Below, piece by piece: positions 29,232-40,910 of a DNA stretch of 64,000 nucleotides. This stretch comes from Candidatus Xenobia bacterium (GTDB lineage: Bacteria; Vulcanimicrobiota; Xenobia; Xenobiales; QWHO01), in the NCBI GenBank assembly GCA_045863235.1, contig BTUM01000035.1, forward strand, positions 12,019-76,018, given 5' to 3'. The translations under genes and the position numbers were made by a program. Each line of letters opens with the position of its first letter. The first letter of the stretch is position 1. A model generated the notes under the pieces. That model was not told the origin of the DNA. It ran no database searches and saw only the letters and a program-made list of their open reading frames with translations.

Positions 29232-30774
29232 AGCGACTGCACCACCTTGACCATGGGAAGCAGGGTGGCCAGGGCCACGAAGGCGGTGGCCACCCCCATG
29301 ACCAGCATGATGATGGGTTCGAGAGCGGCCATGGCCATCTCCAGGGCGGCCTCCAGCTCCATTTCGTTGAGCTTCGAGAGCCACTGCAAGCAGTCGGGCA
29401 GCTTGCCCGACTCCTCGCCGGCTCGCATGCAAGCCAAGAAAGTCCCGGGAAAGAAGTCGCTGGCAGCCAGGGCGTCGGTCACGTCGCTTCCTTCGCGCAG
29501 CGCGGCCGAGCTCGTCTCCAGGGCGTGCACCAGAACCGGTGAGCCGCTGGCCGCCCCGGCCTGGGGCACCGCCTCCAGCACCGCCAGCCCGACCCGCAAC
29601 TGGAGCGCCAGCGCCTGCGAGAAGCGGGTCACCGCGATGCGCCGCCAGAGTCCCCCCAGCCCGGGCGCCGCCAGCATGAGGCGATCGAAGCGGGCGTAGC
29701 CGCGTTCGGTTCGTAGAAAGCGGGCCAGGGCCAGCCCGCTCAGCACCGCGCCCACCGCCAGGGCGAGCAACACGCGCCAGTCGGAGAGAGCATAGAGCAC
29801 CCTGGTGATGAAGGGCAGCTCACCGCCCGCCAGCTCGAGCATGCGCAGCTGGCCCTTGAGCAGGAAGGGCGGGCCCAGCACCAGCAAGCTCAGGCACATT
29901 GCCAGCAGCAAGGCCGGGTAGGTCAGGGCCGAGCGCAGTCGCAGGGTCAGGGCGCGACGGCGCTCCTCGTGCTCGGAGAGTTGACGCAGCACCTCGACCA
30001 TGCCTCCGGTGCGCTCGCCGACCCGGATCAGCTTGAGAGCGAAAGTCGAGAAGCTTGAGCTGGCCGCCTGCATGGCGGCGGAGAGCTCTTTTCCCCGCTC
30101 GACCTCGACACGCATGCGCCGGGCGGCTTCGGTCTGGCTCTCGAGCACCTGGAGGGCGCGGGCCAGGGGAAGACCGGCTCCCAGCATCACCGACAGCGAG
30201 CGCAGGAAGATGACCTGAGTGCGATGGTCGATCGACACCGGCGGACCCAGGGGCACGACCCGGGGCGTCGCCATCGGAGGGGCAGCCGGGCGGGGCTTCG
30301 GGGTCGTGACGAGGGCTGGTCGGGGAGGGGTGAGGATGGGCCAGACCTGGCGCTCGAGGTCGCGAGCAAACGAGGTCAATCGCACCAGGTCTCCCCGGGA
30401 GAAAGCCTGGGGTCGACCGCGGTGGTCGGCGTAGAGCAGGCCCCGAACTCGCTGGGCGTGCAGCAGCGGCACGGACAGCACCGAGCGAATCCCAGACAGG
30501 AGGGCGCTGGCCGCGTCCTTCAGCCCGGGCTCTTGCTGCAGGTCCGAGGTCAGCCAGGGGGTACCCCGGCCGCGTAGTTGCTCGAGCAGGGTCAGGCTGA
30601 CCGGTTCGTCGATCCGAAGCTGATCGGGGTTGATCCCGTGGGCGGCCTGAACGGTCAACTGGCCGTTGTCGTCGGGGTCGAACAGGATCAGGATGCGCTC
30701 GGCCTCCAGGAAGGTGCGCATGGACTCGAGCGCGCTGGCGAAGAGGGTTCTTCGGCCCGAGTCCGTCGCGGCAG

Positions 30775-30778
<4 letters not shown>
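29228..30778 (-). CDS. pilC: GAF domain fused to PilC/GspF platform protein
   Basis: N-terminal GAF (IRSVLSVPL, GLLYAD, AFSRGDL); two T2SSF repeats (LSVMLGAGLPL, GERTGG, ALTYP; GEESGKL, LEPII). Confidence 0.85.
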
Positions 30779-32070
<1,292 letters not shown>

Positions 32071-32230
32071 CGAGTTGACCGCTCCTGTTCGTTGTTGATT
32101 ACCGTTGAACTGAACCGAGAATTCGCCGACCGACTTTGGGCTCCCTGGCAACTCGATCACAGCGGATCCCGTGAGGGCCTTGCAGTGAGCGCGCGGCAAC
32201 CTGCAAGCGGAAGCACGCAGGCTGGGAAAG

Positions 32231-32593
32231 CTATCGCCCCTCGGTCCGCGCTCGAAAGCTTCCTCGCACCTCCAGGGGAGGCTGTCGATCCAGCACCAGC
32301 TCGATGTTTCCCTGGGCCACCCCGTCCTTGAGAGACTGCAGGGTGAGGGTGCCCCGCACCACCTGCGAATCCGTGCCGCCCAGCTTGATCTGGCCAGACA
32401 CGCCTGACGCGCTGGACTCGAGCTTGAGGTCGCCAGCCTCCAGGTAGGTCTCGTTCCCCAGTCTTCGGTAGCTGGCCGGGCTGAAAGTGTGGCTCTCGCC
32501 TTCGTGCATGAAGGTGACGAACGTCTCCGGGCCGGGGGAGACGCAACTGGAGCAGAACAAACTGACCAGGAGCAGGACGACAAGACGAGCCAC
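32231..32593 (-). CDS. Small putative lipoprotein
   Basis: GAGGAG RBS, GTG; MARLVVLLLVSLFCSSC lipoprotein-like signal. Confidence 0.6.
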   Translation of the reverse strand: MARLVVLLLVSLFCSSCVSPGPETFVTFMHEGESHTFSPASYRRLGNETYLEAGDLKLESSASGVSGQIKLGGTDSQVVRGTLTLQSLKDGVAQGNIELVLDRQPPLEVRGSFRARTEGR

Positions 32594-32651
32594 GGGCTCC
32601 TCTTCTCGATCCAGACAGGGTGGTCCCCCCGGAGCGCGAAGGGGCGCCCCC

Positions 32652-35270
32652 ATGCGTCCACGCCTCATCGCCAAATTCGGGGGCAGCTCACTGGCCAATC
32701 CATCTACCTGGAAGCTGGTGCGCAACATCCTGCGCGAGCGCCGGGCCCTGGAGCCCCTGGTGGTGGTCTCGGCTCTGGGAGTGCTCAAGGAGAAGGGCAA
32801 AGTCAGCAAGCTCAAGGTCACCGACCGCCTGCTGCGTCTGGCCGAGCTCAAGAGCTTCAGGGCCGAGCTCGAGTCCCTGCACGCCGACCACCGCGAGCTC
32901 CTGCTCGGGTTGGAGCTGCCTGGCGAGTTGCTCGACGATGCTTTCGAAGAGCTGGCCCAGGACCTGAAGGACCGCCCTGCCGGGCCCGAGGGGCTGGACC
33001 GCATCGCCGGCTGGGGCGAGCTGCTCTCCTCTCAGGTCATGGCCGCTTACCTGCGCCAGGACGGCTGGAACGCCCGGGCAGCCTTGCCCGAGGAGCTGGG
33101 CATGATCACGGGCGAACAGTTCCAGGACGCCTCGGTGCTGGAGGAGTCGCTCAACAGCATCGCCCAGAAAGTGATCCAGAGCCGCGAGCTGCTGGTTGTG
33201 CCAGGCTTCGTGGGGGTGACCCACGATGGTCGCCGCACCACCCTGGGCCGGGGCGGCTCCGACTATACCGCCGCCGTGCTGGGGGCCGCCCTCAAGCGCG
33301 ATGTGGAGATCTGGACCGACGTGGACGGGGTGGCGGCCACCGACCCGGGCGTGGTGGACAAGCCCATCACCGTCAGCGAGCTCTCCCACGAGGAGGCCTA
33401 CCAGATGGCCGCCTTCGGATCGCGGGTGCTCTACCAGAAGTGCCTCGCGGCGGCGCGGTTGGCGGCCAAACGCGGGCGCCACCTCAAAATGGTGGTCAAG
33501 AACACGTTCAACCCCTATCACCCGGGCACGGTGATTGTGGGGCACAGCTCGCCCGACGGCGTCCCCAAAGGGGTCACCGCGCTGGAGGGAGTGCAGCTCT
33601 TGACCGTGTACCTCGACCGAGAGGAGGACTATCGTGGCCTCTGGGCCGACGTGGCCGAGCTGGCCGAGGGCCGCCTCCTCATGGCCTCTTACGCCACCGG
33701 GCGGGCCAGCTTCGTGTTCGACCGGCTCTCGCCCGGGTTGGAGGAGCTGGAGACCCGCTACTCCCGCTCTCACCTCTCGCGCGACCAGGTGCTCATCAAG
33801 GTTGTCGGGGACGGCATCGGCACAAATCACGGGCTGCTCGCGCGCATCCACCAGTCCATCGACGCCCTGGAGAACCCCGAGAAGTGGGGTGCGCCGCTGG
33901 TGCACAAGAGTCCCCAGCTCCTCACCGACGCCACCTTCGAGTTCGTGGCCCTCAAGCGAGGCGCTCGCGAGCTGATCGTGCGGCTCTACAAAGACCTTTT
34001 CGACCCCGACGCGCTGCGTGTGGGCCTGCTGGGTTTGGGCACGGTGGCCGGAGGAATGCTGCAGTACGCCAGAGAGCTCTATTCTCGCGAGAAGACCGGC
34101 GTGGACCTGCACTTCCCGGTAGCCGTGGTGCGTAGCCTGGACAAAGCTCGCGCTTTCGAGGGCGAGCTGACTCAGGACCCGGCGGCCGTGCTCGACAACC
34201 GGCAGATCGACGTGGTGGTCGAGCTGATGGGGGGCATCGAGCCGGCTCGCACCCACATCCTGACCGCCCTGCAGAACGGCAAGCACGTCATCACCGCCAA
34301 CAAGGCCGTGCTGGCCGAGCACGGGCCCGAGATCTTCGCCGCCGCCCGTCGCTATCGCCGCAACCTGGGCTTCGAGGGCAGCGTCTGCGGCGAGATTCCG
34401 GTCATCGAGATGGTTCAGAAAATGCCCTCCGACCAGGACGTGGAGGCCATCACCGGCATCCTGAACGGCACCTCCAACTACCTCTTGACCCGCATGGCCG
34501 ATGGCAGCGACTACGGCGACGCCCTGCGCGAGGCCCAGGAGAGCGGCTTTGCCGAGGCCGACCCCACCCTGGACGTGTCCGGTGCCGACGCCGCTCAGAA
34601 GCTCTCCATCCTGGCCTCGCTGGTGTTCCATACCCCGGTGGCCTGGCGCAGCATCCGCCTGCAGGGCATCGAGAGCATCCGGGCCGTGGACACGGCCGAG
34701 GCCGCCCGGCTGGGTCTCAGCCTGCGTCCCGTGGCCCGCGCCGTGCGCCATCCCGGGGGGCTGGAGCTGTGGGTCGGCCCGGCCCTGGTCGAGCCAGGCC
34801 ACAGCCTCTTTGCCGTGCGCCGCGAGACCAACGCCGTTTCGCTGCGCTTGCAGGGCCGCGAAGAGCCCCTGACGCTGGTGGGCAAGGGCGCGGGGGCTTT
34901 GCCCACGGCCCGCTCGGTGGTGCGCGACTTGCTGGAGGTGGCTCGCCGCGAGCGCTTTCGCATGGTGGACATCCCGGCCTTCCACGAGGGCGCCCCGGTG
35001 CCGGTGCTGCCCCACAGCGAGCACGTCTACCCCTGGTGGGTGCGCTTCACCGTGCAGGACCAGCCCGGCGTTTTTGGCGCCATCACGGCTGTGTTGGGCT
35101 CGCACGGCCTGTCCATCCGCCAGGCCAGCCAGCAGGAGGGACACGACGGCGTGGCTCACATTTTCCTGGCCCTCAAGCCGGCCCGAAGGGGCTCCCTGGA
35201 GGCCGCCCTCGAGCACCTGGGCGCCAATCATGCGGTGGTGGCCACGCTCTGCCTGCCGGTGCTGTCATGA
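32652..35270 (+). CDS. thrA: Bifunctional aspartokinase-homoserine dehydrogenase with C-terminal ACT domain
   Basis: KFGGSS, LGRGGSDYTA, IWTDVDG; GLGTVA, VITANK, GILNGTSNY, GFAEADP, GAGALPTA; DQPGVF ACT. Confidence 0.88.
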   Translation: MRPRLIAKFGGSSLANPSTWKLVRNILRERRALEPLVVVSALGVLKEKGKVSKLKVTDRLLRLAELKSFRAELESLHADHRELLLGLELPGELLDDAFEELAQDLKDRPAGPEGLDRIAGWGELLSSQVMAAYLRQDGWNARAALPEELGMITGEQFQDASVLEESLNSIAQKVIQSRELLVVPGFVGVTHDGRRTTLGRGGSDYTAAVLGAALKRDVEIWTDVDGVAATDPGVVDKPITVSELSHEEAYQMAAFGSRVLYQKCLAAARLAAKRGRHLKMVVKNTFNPYHPGTVIVGHSSPDGVPKGVTALEGVQLLTVYLDREEDYRGLWADVAELAEGRLLMASYATGRASFVFDRLSPGLEELETRYSRSHLSRDQVLIKVVGDGIGTNHGLLARIHQSIDALENPEKWGAPLVHKSPQLLTDATFEFVALKRGARELIVRLYKDLFDPDALRVGLLGLGTVAGGMLQYARELYSREKTGVDLHFPVAVVRSLDKARAFEGELTQDPAAVLDNRQIDVVVELMGGIEPARTHILTALQNGKHVITANKAVLAEHGPEIFAAARRYRRNLGFEGSVCGEIPVIEMVQKMPSDQDVEAITGILNGTSNYLLTRMADGSDYGDALREAQESGFAEADPTLDVSGADAAQKLSILASLVFHTPVAWRSIRLQGIESIRAVDTAEAARLGLSLRPVARAVRHPGGLELWVGPALVEPGHSLFAVRRETNAVSLRLQGREEPLTLVGKGAGALPTARSVVRDLLEVARRERFRMVDIPAFHEGAPVPVLPHSEHVYPWWVRFTVQDQPGVFGAITAVLGSHGLSIRQASQQEGHDGVAHIFLALKPARRGSLEAALEHLGANHAVVATLCLPVLS

Positions 35271-35668
35271 CCGCTCGCGCCGAAGATTGGCCTCACCAGC
35301 CGCTGGCTCAGCCTTACGAGGAGATCGCCTTTCCGAGGCGCTTTTCGCCAGCAGAGCTGGAGCGAATTGGGAAAGGGCGCGTTCCGGCCAGGAAGAGCGA
35401 CAAGTGGTTCATCTACCAGCAAGGCCCCGAGCTCTTCCTTCACCGCAGCGCCAGCGGCGAGTGCGTGTTCCAGCTCGACCTGGGGGCGGGTCTGGCGCGG
35501 GTGGCCGGCCTGGAGGGCTTCACCCCGGAGGATCGGCGGGCCGTTCTGGGCTACCTGATCGACCGGCTGCTCCTCGACAGCAAGGCCCCGCCGCCCGTCG
35601 TGTCGGCCTTCGCCTCGCTGGACAAGGAACGGCTGGAGATGGCCTGGCGCAACCTGGCAGGAGCTTGA
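35267..35668 (+). CDS. Conserved-looking hypothetical protein
   Basis: ATGA overlap with AK-HSDH; DKWFIY...LFLHRS motif. Confidence 0.6.
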   Translation: MTARAEDWPHQPLAQPYEEIAFPRRFSPAELERIGKGRVPARKSDKWFIYQQGPELFLHRSASGECVFQLDLGAGLARVAGLEGFTPEDRRAVLGYLIDRLLLDSKAPPPVVSAFASLDKERLEMAWRNLAGA

Positions 35669-35696
35669 GCGTCGGCAGGCTAAGGAGCTTTCCCCC

Positions 35697-36932
35697 ATGG
35701 ACAAGTTCCGCAACTGGTTCAAGAAGAAAGAGCTAAAGCCCGAGCTCGAGCAGGCCATGGAGGCCGTCGAAGAGGCGGTCGAAGCCGAGCACGAAGCCGA
35801 GGATGCCGCTCAGAAAGCGGTCGAGGAGCCCCCTCCGGCTGTCGAGGAGAGCGCTGCGGAAGCGGTCGAGGAGGCCTCCACCGCGGTCAAAGGCAAGAAC
35901 ATCTTCCAGAAGGCCTGGGACAAGACGGTCCAGATCGCGCTCACGCCGGTCGACCCGTTCTTCATCAAGATGGCCCAGGGCCTGGACAAAACCCGCAAGA
36001 ACCTGGTGGGCGGCATGGTGGGGCTGTTCCGGCTCCACAAGAAGATCGACGAGGAGTTCTGGGAGGAGTTGCACGACATCCTCATCTGCGCCGACCTCGG
36101 CCCGGTTACCAGCGAGCGCATCATCGAGAGCCTGCGAGCCGTGGTCAAGCAGAAGAAGCTGTCCGAGCCCTCCGAGCTGGTGGGCGAGCTGAAGGGAGTG
36201 CTGGGCCAGATCCTCCAGACCAATGCCGAGGAGCCGGGCATTCCAGCCGCCTCGCGCGAGCTCAACGTCAAGAAGGGTCGCCTGAACGTGGTGCTGATGG
36301 TGGGCGTGAACGGCACCGGCAAGACCACCACCACCGCCAAGCTGGCCAACCTGTTCAAGCAGCAGGGCTTGAAGGTGATGCTGGTGGCGGCCGACACCTT
36401 CCGGGCCGCGGCCATCGAGCAGCTGCAGGTGTGGGGCGAGCGCCTCGACCTGGAAGTGATCCGTCACAAAGAGGGGTCCGATCCCTCGGCGGTGGTCTTC
36501 GACGCCGTCAGCGCCGCCCGGGCCAGGGGAGCGGACCTGCTGCTGGTGGATACGGCCGGGCGGTTGCACTCCAAGGCCAACTTGATGGAAGAGCTGAAGA
36601 AAATGCGCCGCATCCTGCAGCGCGAGATCGAGGACGCACCCCACGAGGTGCTGCTGGTGCTCGACGCCACCACCGGCCAGAATGCTCTCATTCAAGCCCG
36701 TGAGTTCATGCAGGCGGTGGACGTGACCGGCCTTGCCCTGTGCAAGCTCGACGGCACCGCCCGGGGTGGCATCGTGGTCTCCATCGCCCAGGAGTTCCAG
36801 TTGCCGGTCAAGCTGATCGGGGTGGGGGAGGGCATCGAGGATCTCCAGCCGTTCGTGCCCGAGGTCTTCCTGGAGGCGCTGTTCAGCGAGGCCGGAACGG
36901 AGAGTGAGCCACCGGTCGCGCAGGAGGTGTAG
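35697..36932 (+). CDS. ftsY: SRP receptor FtsY
   Basis: Acidic N-region, [30 protein letters not shown]. Confidence 0.97.
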   Translation: MDKFRNWFKKKELKPELEQAMEAVEEAVEAEHEAEDAAQKAVEEPPPAVEESAAEAVEEASTAVKGKNIFQKAWDKTVQIALTPVDPFFIKMAQGLDKTRKNLVGGMVGLFRLHKKIDEEFWEELHDILICADLGPVTSERIIESLRAVVKQKKLSEPSELVGELKGVLGQILQTNAEEPGIPAASRELNVKKGRLNVVLMVGVNGTGKTTTTAKLANLFKQQGLKVMLVAADTFRAAAIEQLQVWGERLDLEVIRHKEGSDPSAVVFDAVSAARARGADLLLVDTAGRLHSKANLMEELKKMRRILQREIEDAPHEVLLVLDATTGQNALIQAREFMQAVDVTGLALCKLDGTARGGIVVSIAQEFQLPVKLIGVGEGIEDLQPFVPEVFLEALFSEAGTESEPPVAQEV

Positions 36933-36946
36933 GAGTCGCGGCGTCA

Positions 36947-39712
36947 TTGATTCTTCGCAGAATTCTGGTCAGCCTGCTGCTGGTTCTCTGGCTCGCTCAA
37001 GCGGTTGGCTCTCAGACGCTGGACGATCCGGAGCTAAAGACCTCGGTGGCCATTTTGTACCTGCGCCTGGGGAACTACCCTGAGTGCCAGCGATTGACGC
37101 GCGAGTTGGAGGCTGTCGGGGCGAGCACCGATGGTCTGGACCTTTTGACCGGTGAGCTGGCCCTTCGGCCGCTCCTGACTCTCAACGGACAGGGTCAATA
37201 CATTCGGCTGCTGCGCGAAGCTCCCGCCCTGATCGAGCGGGCCCGGACTCTCCAACGCCCCGATCGAGAAGCCCAGCTCCGCTTGCTCGTACTGCACGCC
37301 GCATACCAGTCGGGGCACCCCGGCCAGGTGCTCGAGCAGACCGGCCCGCTCCTGGAGCTCACCCGGAACCCGGACTCCACGGCCGAGAAGTTGCGCCGCT
37401 TCACTGTGCTGACCTATGCCCGCCGGTACGCTCACCTGGAGCAGTCTCCCACGCCCGAGCAGTATCGGGGCGACCACGATAAGGTCTGGGCCCTTTGGAA
37501 GGATATCGGGCCCGACCTTGACTATCGACGCCACTCCGTGGCCGAGTGCGAGCTGGCTGCCGCAGCCTGCTTCATCTGGTGGGATGAAGCGTTCGGAATC
37601 CTGACCTACGATCAGGCCTACGACATGCTGTTCGAAGACCTTGAGCGCATCGATCCCGTGCTCTCAATTGCCGATTTTGAGGCAGAGCTCAAGCGAGGGG
37701 CGCCTCTGGCAGACTTGATCCGCTTTCACAACCTGTCTGAGGTGGTCAGTTACTGGCGCTATCTTTTCCTGGTGTTCGATTCGGTGGCTGCCCGGTTCGG
37801 ACCTCAGGACGCCTCCCATTTTGCCAGCCAGAACCTTCCGGCCGCCTTCTCGCTCCTGCGTACCGTCGAGCAATCCCCCGACATGAGCTGGCTGGATCCG
37901 ACCTTGAGCTCGCTCGACCTGGTGACCGGCAAGTTCGCCCGACTCGGGGCCCTGGTCTACCGATGCCAGGCAGGGCAGGACCTGCTCGCCTCGGCACCCG
38001 CCTCCAGGGTGGACGCGAGCCTGGCCCGGGCAGCCGCTTATGCGGCCCGTTCAGGGGACCGGTTTCTGGCCGACGAAACCGAGCTCGTCGAGGTCGCCAT
38101 CCAGACCGGCCGGCGCCCCCTCCCGCCCGACCTGGAGGAGCGACTGCGGACCCTGATCGCCCGTTCCGAGGCGACCGGGTCTTTCTACGTCACTTTGATG
38201 GCGAACGTCCAACTCGGGCGCCTGCTCTACGCCCAGGGCACCGGTCGGCGTTGCCTGGAGCCATTCACCCGGGCCATCTCCCTCTTTGAGCAGCTCTTCG
38301 TGCAGGCTCGGCTGGGTCCGACCGCGCACCTGATCTTGAGTCTGTACCGCCCCATCTATGAGGAGAAGGCTCGGATCGAGGTCGAGCTGGGTCTTCAACA
38401 CGAGGCCGCCGAGACGCTCGACCGGCTCAAGCAAGTGGGTACAGCCCTGGCTTTTCAAACTCTTCAGCCCAGGGACCCGCGCTCGCTGGCAGCGCTCCAG
38501 CGGGCCGATCAGGCCCGCGAGCAGGCCGAGGAGTTGCGCCAGAGCCTGGCCGTGGCCCCCGAGGCCGAGCGTCCTCAGCTCACTCGCCAGTTGGCCCTGA
38601 CGCGCCAGGATTTCTATGTGGCTCTGGCCGAGATCCAGCGCATCGAGCCCGGTTATCGCAGGCTCCAAGTTCGCCCCAACACGTTCTCGCATGTGCAGGC
38701 GCGGCTCCCGGATGATACCTTGCTGGTGCAGCTGTTCCCCTCCGAGGGGAAGCTGTACTTGTTCCTGGCCACGCACCAGGAGCTCAAGATCCGGGCCGTG
38801 GATGTTTCCCATCAGCAGATCAACCAGTGGGTAGCGGACTTTCGTCGTTCGGCCCTGCGGCCGAGCAAGAACTGGCTGCAGGACCAGGCCCTGTGCCAGA
38901 CGATGCAGAGCATGAGCCAGGCCCTGCTCGAACCCCTGGAGAGCGATCTGGCCGGCAAGAAGGTGGTCGCGTTCATCCCCACAGGCACGCTCTGCTACCT
39001 CCCCATGGCCGCCCTGGCCCACTGGCGCGAGGGAGAGCCGACTTTCCTGCTGGAGGACGCTCAGGTGGTTACCCTGATGAAGGCTTCCGACCTGGACCTT
39101 CCTTCCATAAGCCCGCCTGGCAAGCTCTCCCTGTTGGCGCTGGGCGATCCGGACGGCTCCTTGCCCGGCGCCCGCAAGGAGGTAACCGCCCTCCAGAGTC
39201 TGGTTCCGGGAGCCGAGGTGTTCGTGGGGCGCGAGGCGACCGCCGAACGGTTGCAGTCGAGTAAGGCCCGCTACCTGCACCTGGCCACCCACGGCATGCT
39301 GAACAGCCAGAACCCGACTGCCAGCTACCTGCTGCTGGCTCCCGGTGAGAAGCAGGGCTCGGACCGGCTGCTGGTATCGGACATCGCCGGATTGAGACTG
39401 GAGAACGTGGCCATGGTGACGCTTTCTGCCTGCCAGACCGCTCTGGCCGAGCGCTCTCCCGAGCCTGGCTCCGACCTGCAGAGCCTGGCTGACGCCTTCG
39501 GGTTCGCGGGTAGCCCCAGCGTGGTGGCCAGCCTCTGGAAGGTGGAGGACGAGCCCACCTGCCAGCTGATGCTCAAGATGTATGAAGTCCTGGCTCAGGG
39601 CCAGCCGAAGGGCGAGGCGTTGCGCCAGGCGCAACTGGCCTTGCTGCGCCGGCCTGAGACTTCACACCCCTACTTCTGGGCCGGCTTCATCTTTCTGGGC
39701 GACTGGCGCTAG
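36947..39712 (+). CDS. Secreted helical-repeat + CHAT (caspase-like) domain protein
   Basis: Signal peptide; HLATHG, VTLSACQT, ASLWKV, HPYFWAGF. Confidence 0.85.
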   Translation: MILRRILVSLLLVLWLAQAVGSQTLDDPELKTSVAILYLRLGNYPECQRLTRELEAVGASTDGLDLLTGELALRPLLTLNGQGQYIRLLREAPALIERARTLQRPDREAQLRLLVLHAAYQSGHPGQVLEQTGPLLELTRNPDSTAEKLRRFTVLTYARRYAHLEQSPTPEQYRGDHDKVWALWKDIGPDLDYRRHSVAECELAAAACFIWWDEAFGILTYDQAYDMLFEDLERIDPVLSIADFEAELKRGAPLADLIRFHNLSEVVSYWRYLFLVFDSVAARFGPQDASHFASQNLPAAFSLLRTVEQSPDMSWLDPTLSSLDLVTGKFARLGALVYRCQAGQDLLASAPASRVDASLARAAAYAARSGDRFLADETELVEVAIQTGRRPLPPDLEERLRTLIARSEATGSFYVTLMANVQLGRLLYAQGTGRRCLEPFTRAISLFEQLFVQARLGPTAHLILSLYRPIYEEKARIEVELGLQHEAAETLDRLKQVGTALAFQTLQPRDPRSLAALQRADQAREQAEELRQSLAVAPEAERPQLTRQLALTRQDFYVALAEIQRIEPGYRRLQVRPNTFSHVQARLPDDTLLVQLFPSEGKLYLFLATHQELKIRAVDVSHQQINQWVADFRRSALRPSKNWLQDQALCQTMQSMSQALLEPLESDLAGKKVVAFIPTGTLCYLPMAALAHWREGEPTFLLEDAQVVTLMKASDLDLPSISPPGKLSLLALGDPDGSLPGARKEVTALQSLVPGAEVFVGREATAERLQSSKARYLHLATHGMLNSQNPTASYLLLAPGEKQGSDRLLVSDIAGLRLENVAMVTLSACQTALAERSPEPGSDLQSLADAFGFAGSPSVVASLWKVEDEPTCQLMLKMYEVLAQGQPKGEALRQAQLALLRRPETSHPYFWAGFIFLGDWR

Positions 39713-39750
39713 ACTTCGTCGCATTGACCGTGCCACGAAACGTGCGGTGA

Positions 39751-39849
39751 GCTACACTCCCGCGCGTTGACCTGTTCAGAATGAGTGTAGACAATCTTGT
39801 TGAACGGCGCCCCGCCAATTCCTGAAGTGTTCAACGCGCGGCGCCTTAG
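39751..39849. repeat. Structured dispersed element, copy 2 (shortened right arm)
   Basis: Matches 6845-6951; overlaps the stop codon of the deacetylase gene. Confidence 0.85.
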
Positions 39850-40748
39850 CGGCTGATGCCGCTCGACTCCAGCGTGCGGGCGCGCTCCCCCTCTTTTAGC
39901 CGGGGATTGAGCGGCAGCGGCTGACCGGTGGCCTCGGCCAGCTGGCTGACGGTGACGAAGCGAAAGCCCTTGGAGCGCAACTCGGTGATCACGCTGGGCA
40001 GCATCGACACGGTGTGCATCGAGCCGTTGTGAAACAGCATGACGCCTTCACGGTTGCGCCCGCGGAAGCTGCCCTCGAGCAGCTTCTCCGAGTCCTGCAC
40101 ATACCAGTCGCCCGGATTGACGGTGTCGCCCACCACGGTGTAGCCAAGACCCAGGACCTGGCTCATCAGCTCGGGCTCCAGGCTGCCACCCGCGGGGCGA
40201 AAGAGGTGGGGACGGATGCCCAGGACAGCCGCCAGCGAATCTTCGCAGCGCAGCACGTCAGCCGGAAACCGCTCGGGACCGAGCTCGTGCCCACGCTTGT
40301 GCTCGTCGGTGTGGTTGGCCAGCTCGTGACCGTCGGCCGCGATGGCGCGGGCCAGTTCGGGGAACTCGCGCACCCGCACGCCGTTGACGAAGAAGGTGGC
40401 CGTCACCTGGTAGTGTCGCAGCACGTCCAGCAGCAGCGGGGTGTACATCGGGTAGGGTCCATCATCGAAGGTCATGGCGACCAGCCGCTGGCGGCGTTCT
40501 TCGGGAGCTTCCCCGAGCAAGCGTCGGACCATGTCCAGGGGGGCTTTGAGGGCGGCTCGCGCCTCCCGGGTGCCAGGTCGGTCACCGGGCAGCAGCAGGG
40601 GGGACAGGTTCAGCTCGTAATACCGAGGGAACACCTGATAAAAGCTCATGGCCACCAGGGAGAGGAGCACCAGGCTCAAGGCCAGCGAGCGACCTCTGGG
40701 GGCAGGGGGGGCGGTGGTCTCCACCGAACTCTCAGGAGCGGGCTTCAT
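39846..40748 (-). CDS. Membrane-anchored polysaccharide deacetylase (NodB/CE4)
   Basis: TFDDGP, HELANHTDEH, FRPAGG, LFHNG; N-terminal TM. Start likely ATG 40748. Confidence 0.88.
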   Translation of the reverse strand: MKPAPESSVETTAPPAPRGRSLALSLVLLSLVAMSFYQVFPRYYELNLSPLLLPGDRPGTREARAALKAPLDMVRRLLGEAPEERRQRLVAMTFDDGPYPMYTPLLLDVLRHYQVTATFFVNGVRVREFPELARAIAADGHELANHTDEHKRGHELGPERFPADVLRCEDSLAAVLGIRPHLFRPAGGSLEPELMSQVLGLGYTVVGDTVNPGDWYVQDSEKLLEGSFRGRNREGVMLFHNGSMHTVSMLPSVITELRSKGFRFVTVSQLAEATGQPLPLNPRLKEGERARTLESSGISR

Positions 40749-40910
40749 CGGCCGGGTATATTCCGCAAACACCTGTTCCAGGTCCTGGTCAATTTCGTTA
40801 ACAAAACGACAACAGTCTTTTAACAAGCGGTTTACATTTAGACCCTAGTCAGGGCGGGCTTCCTAGAGGATAATAAGGCCAAGAACGGTTCCAACGACAG
40901 GAGGATTTGC

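Noticed and set aside
32688..35231. 847-aa minus-strand ORF (likewise 18847-21099, 60358-62265, 41651-43129 and similar)
   Set aside because: Antisense shadows of motif-supported genes, expected at high GC; no motifs of their own.
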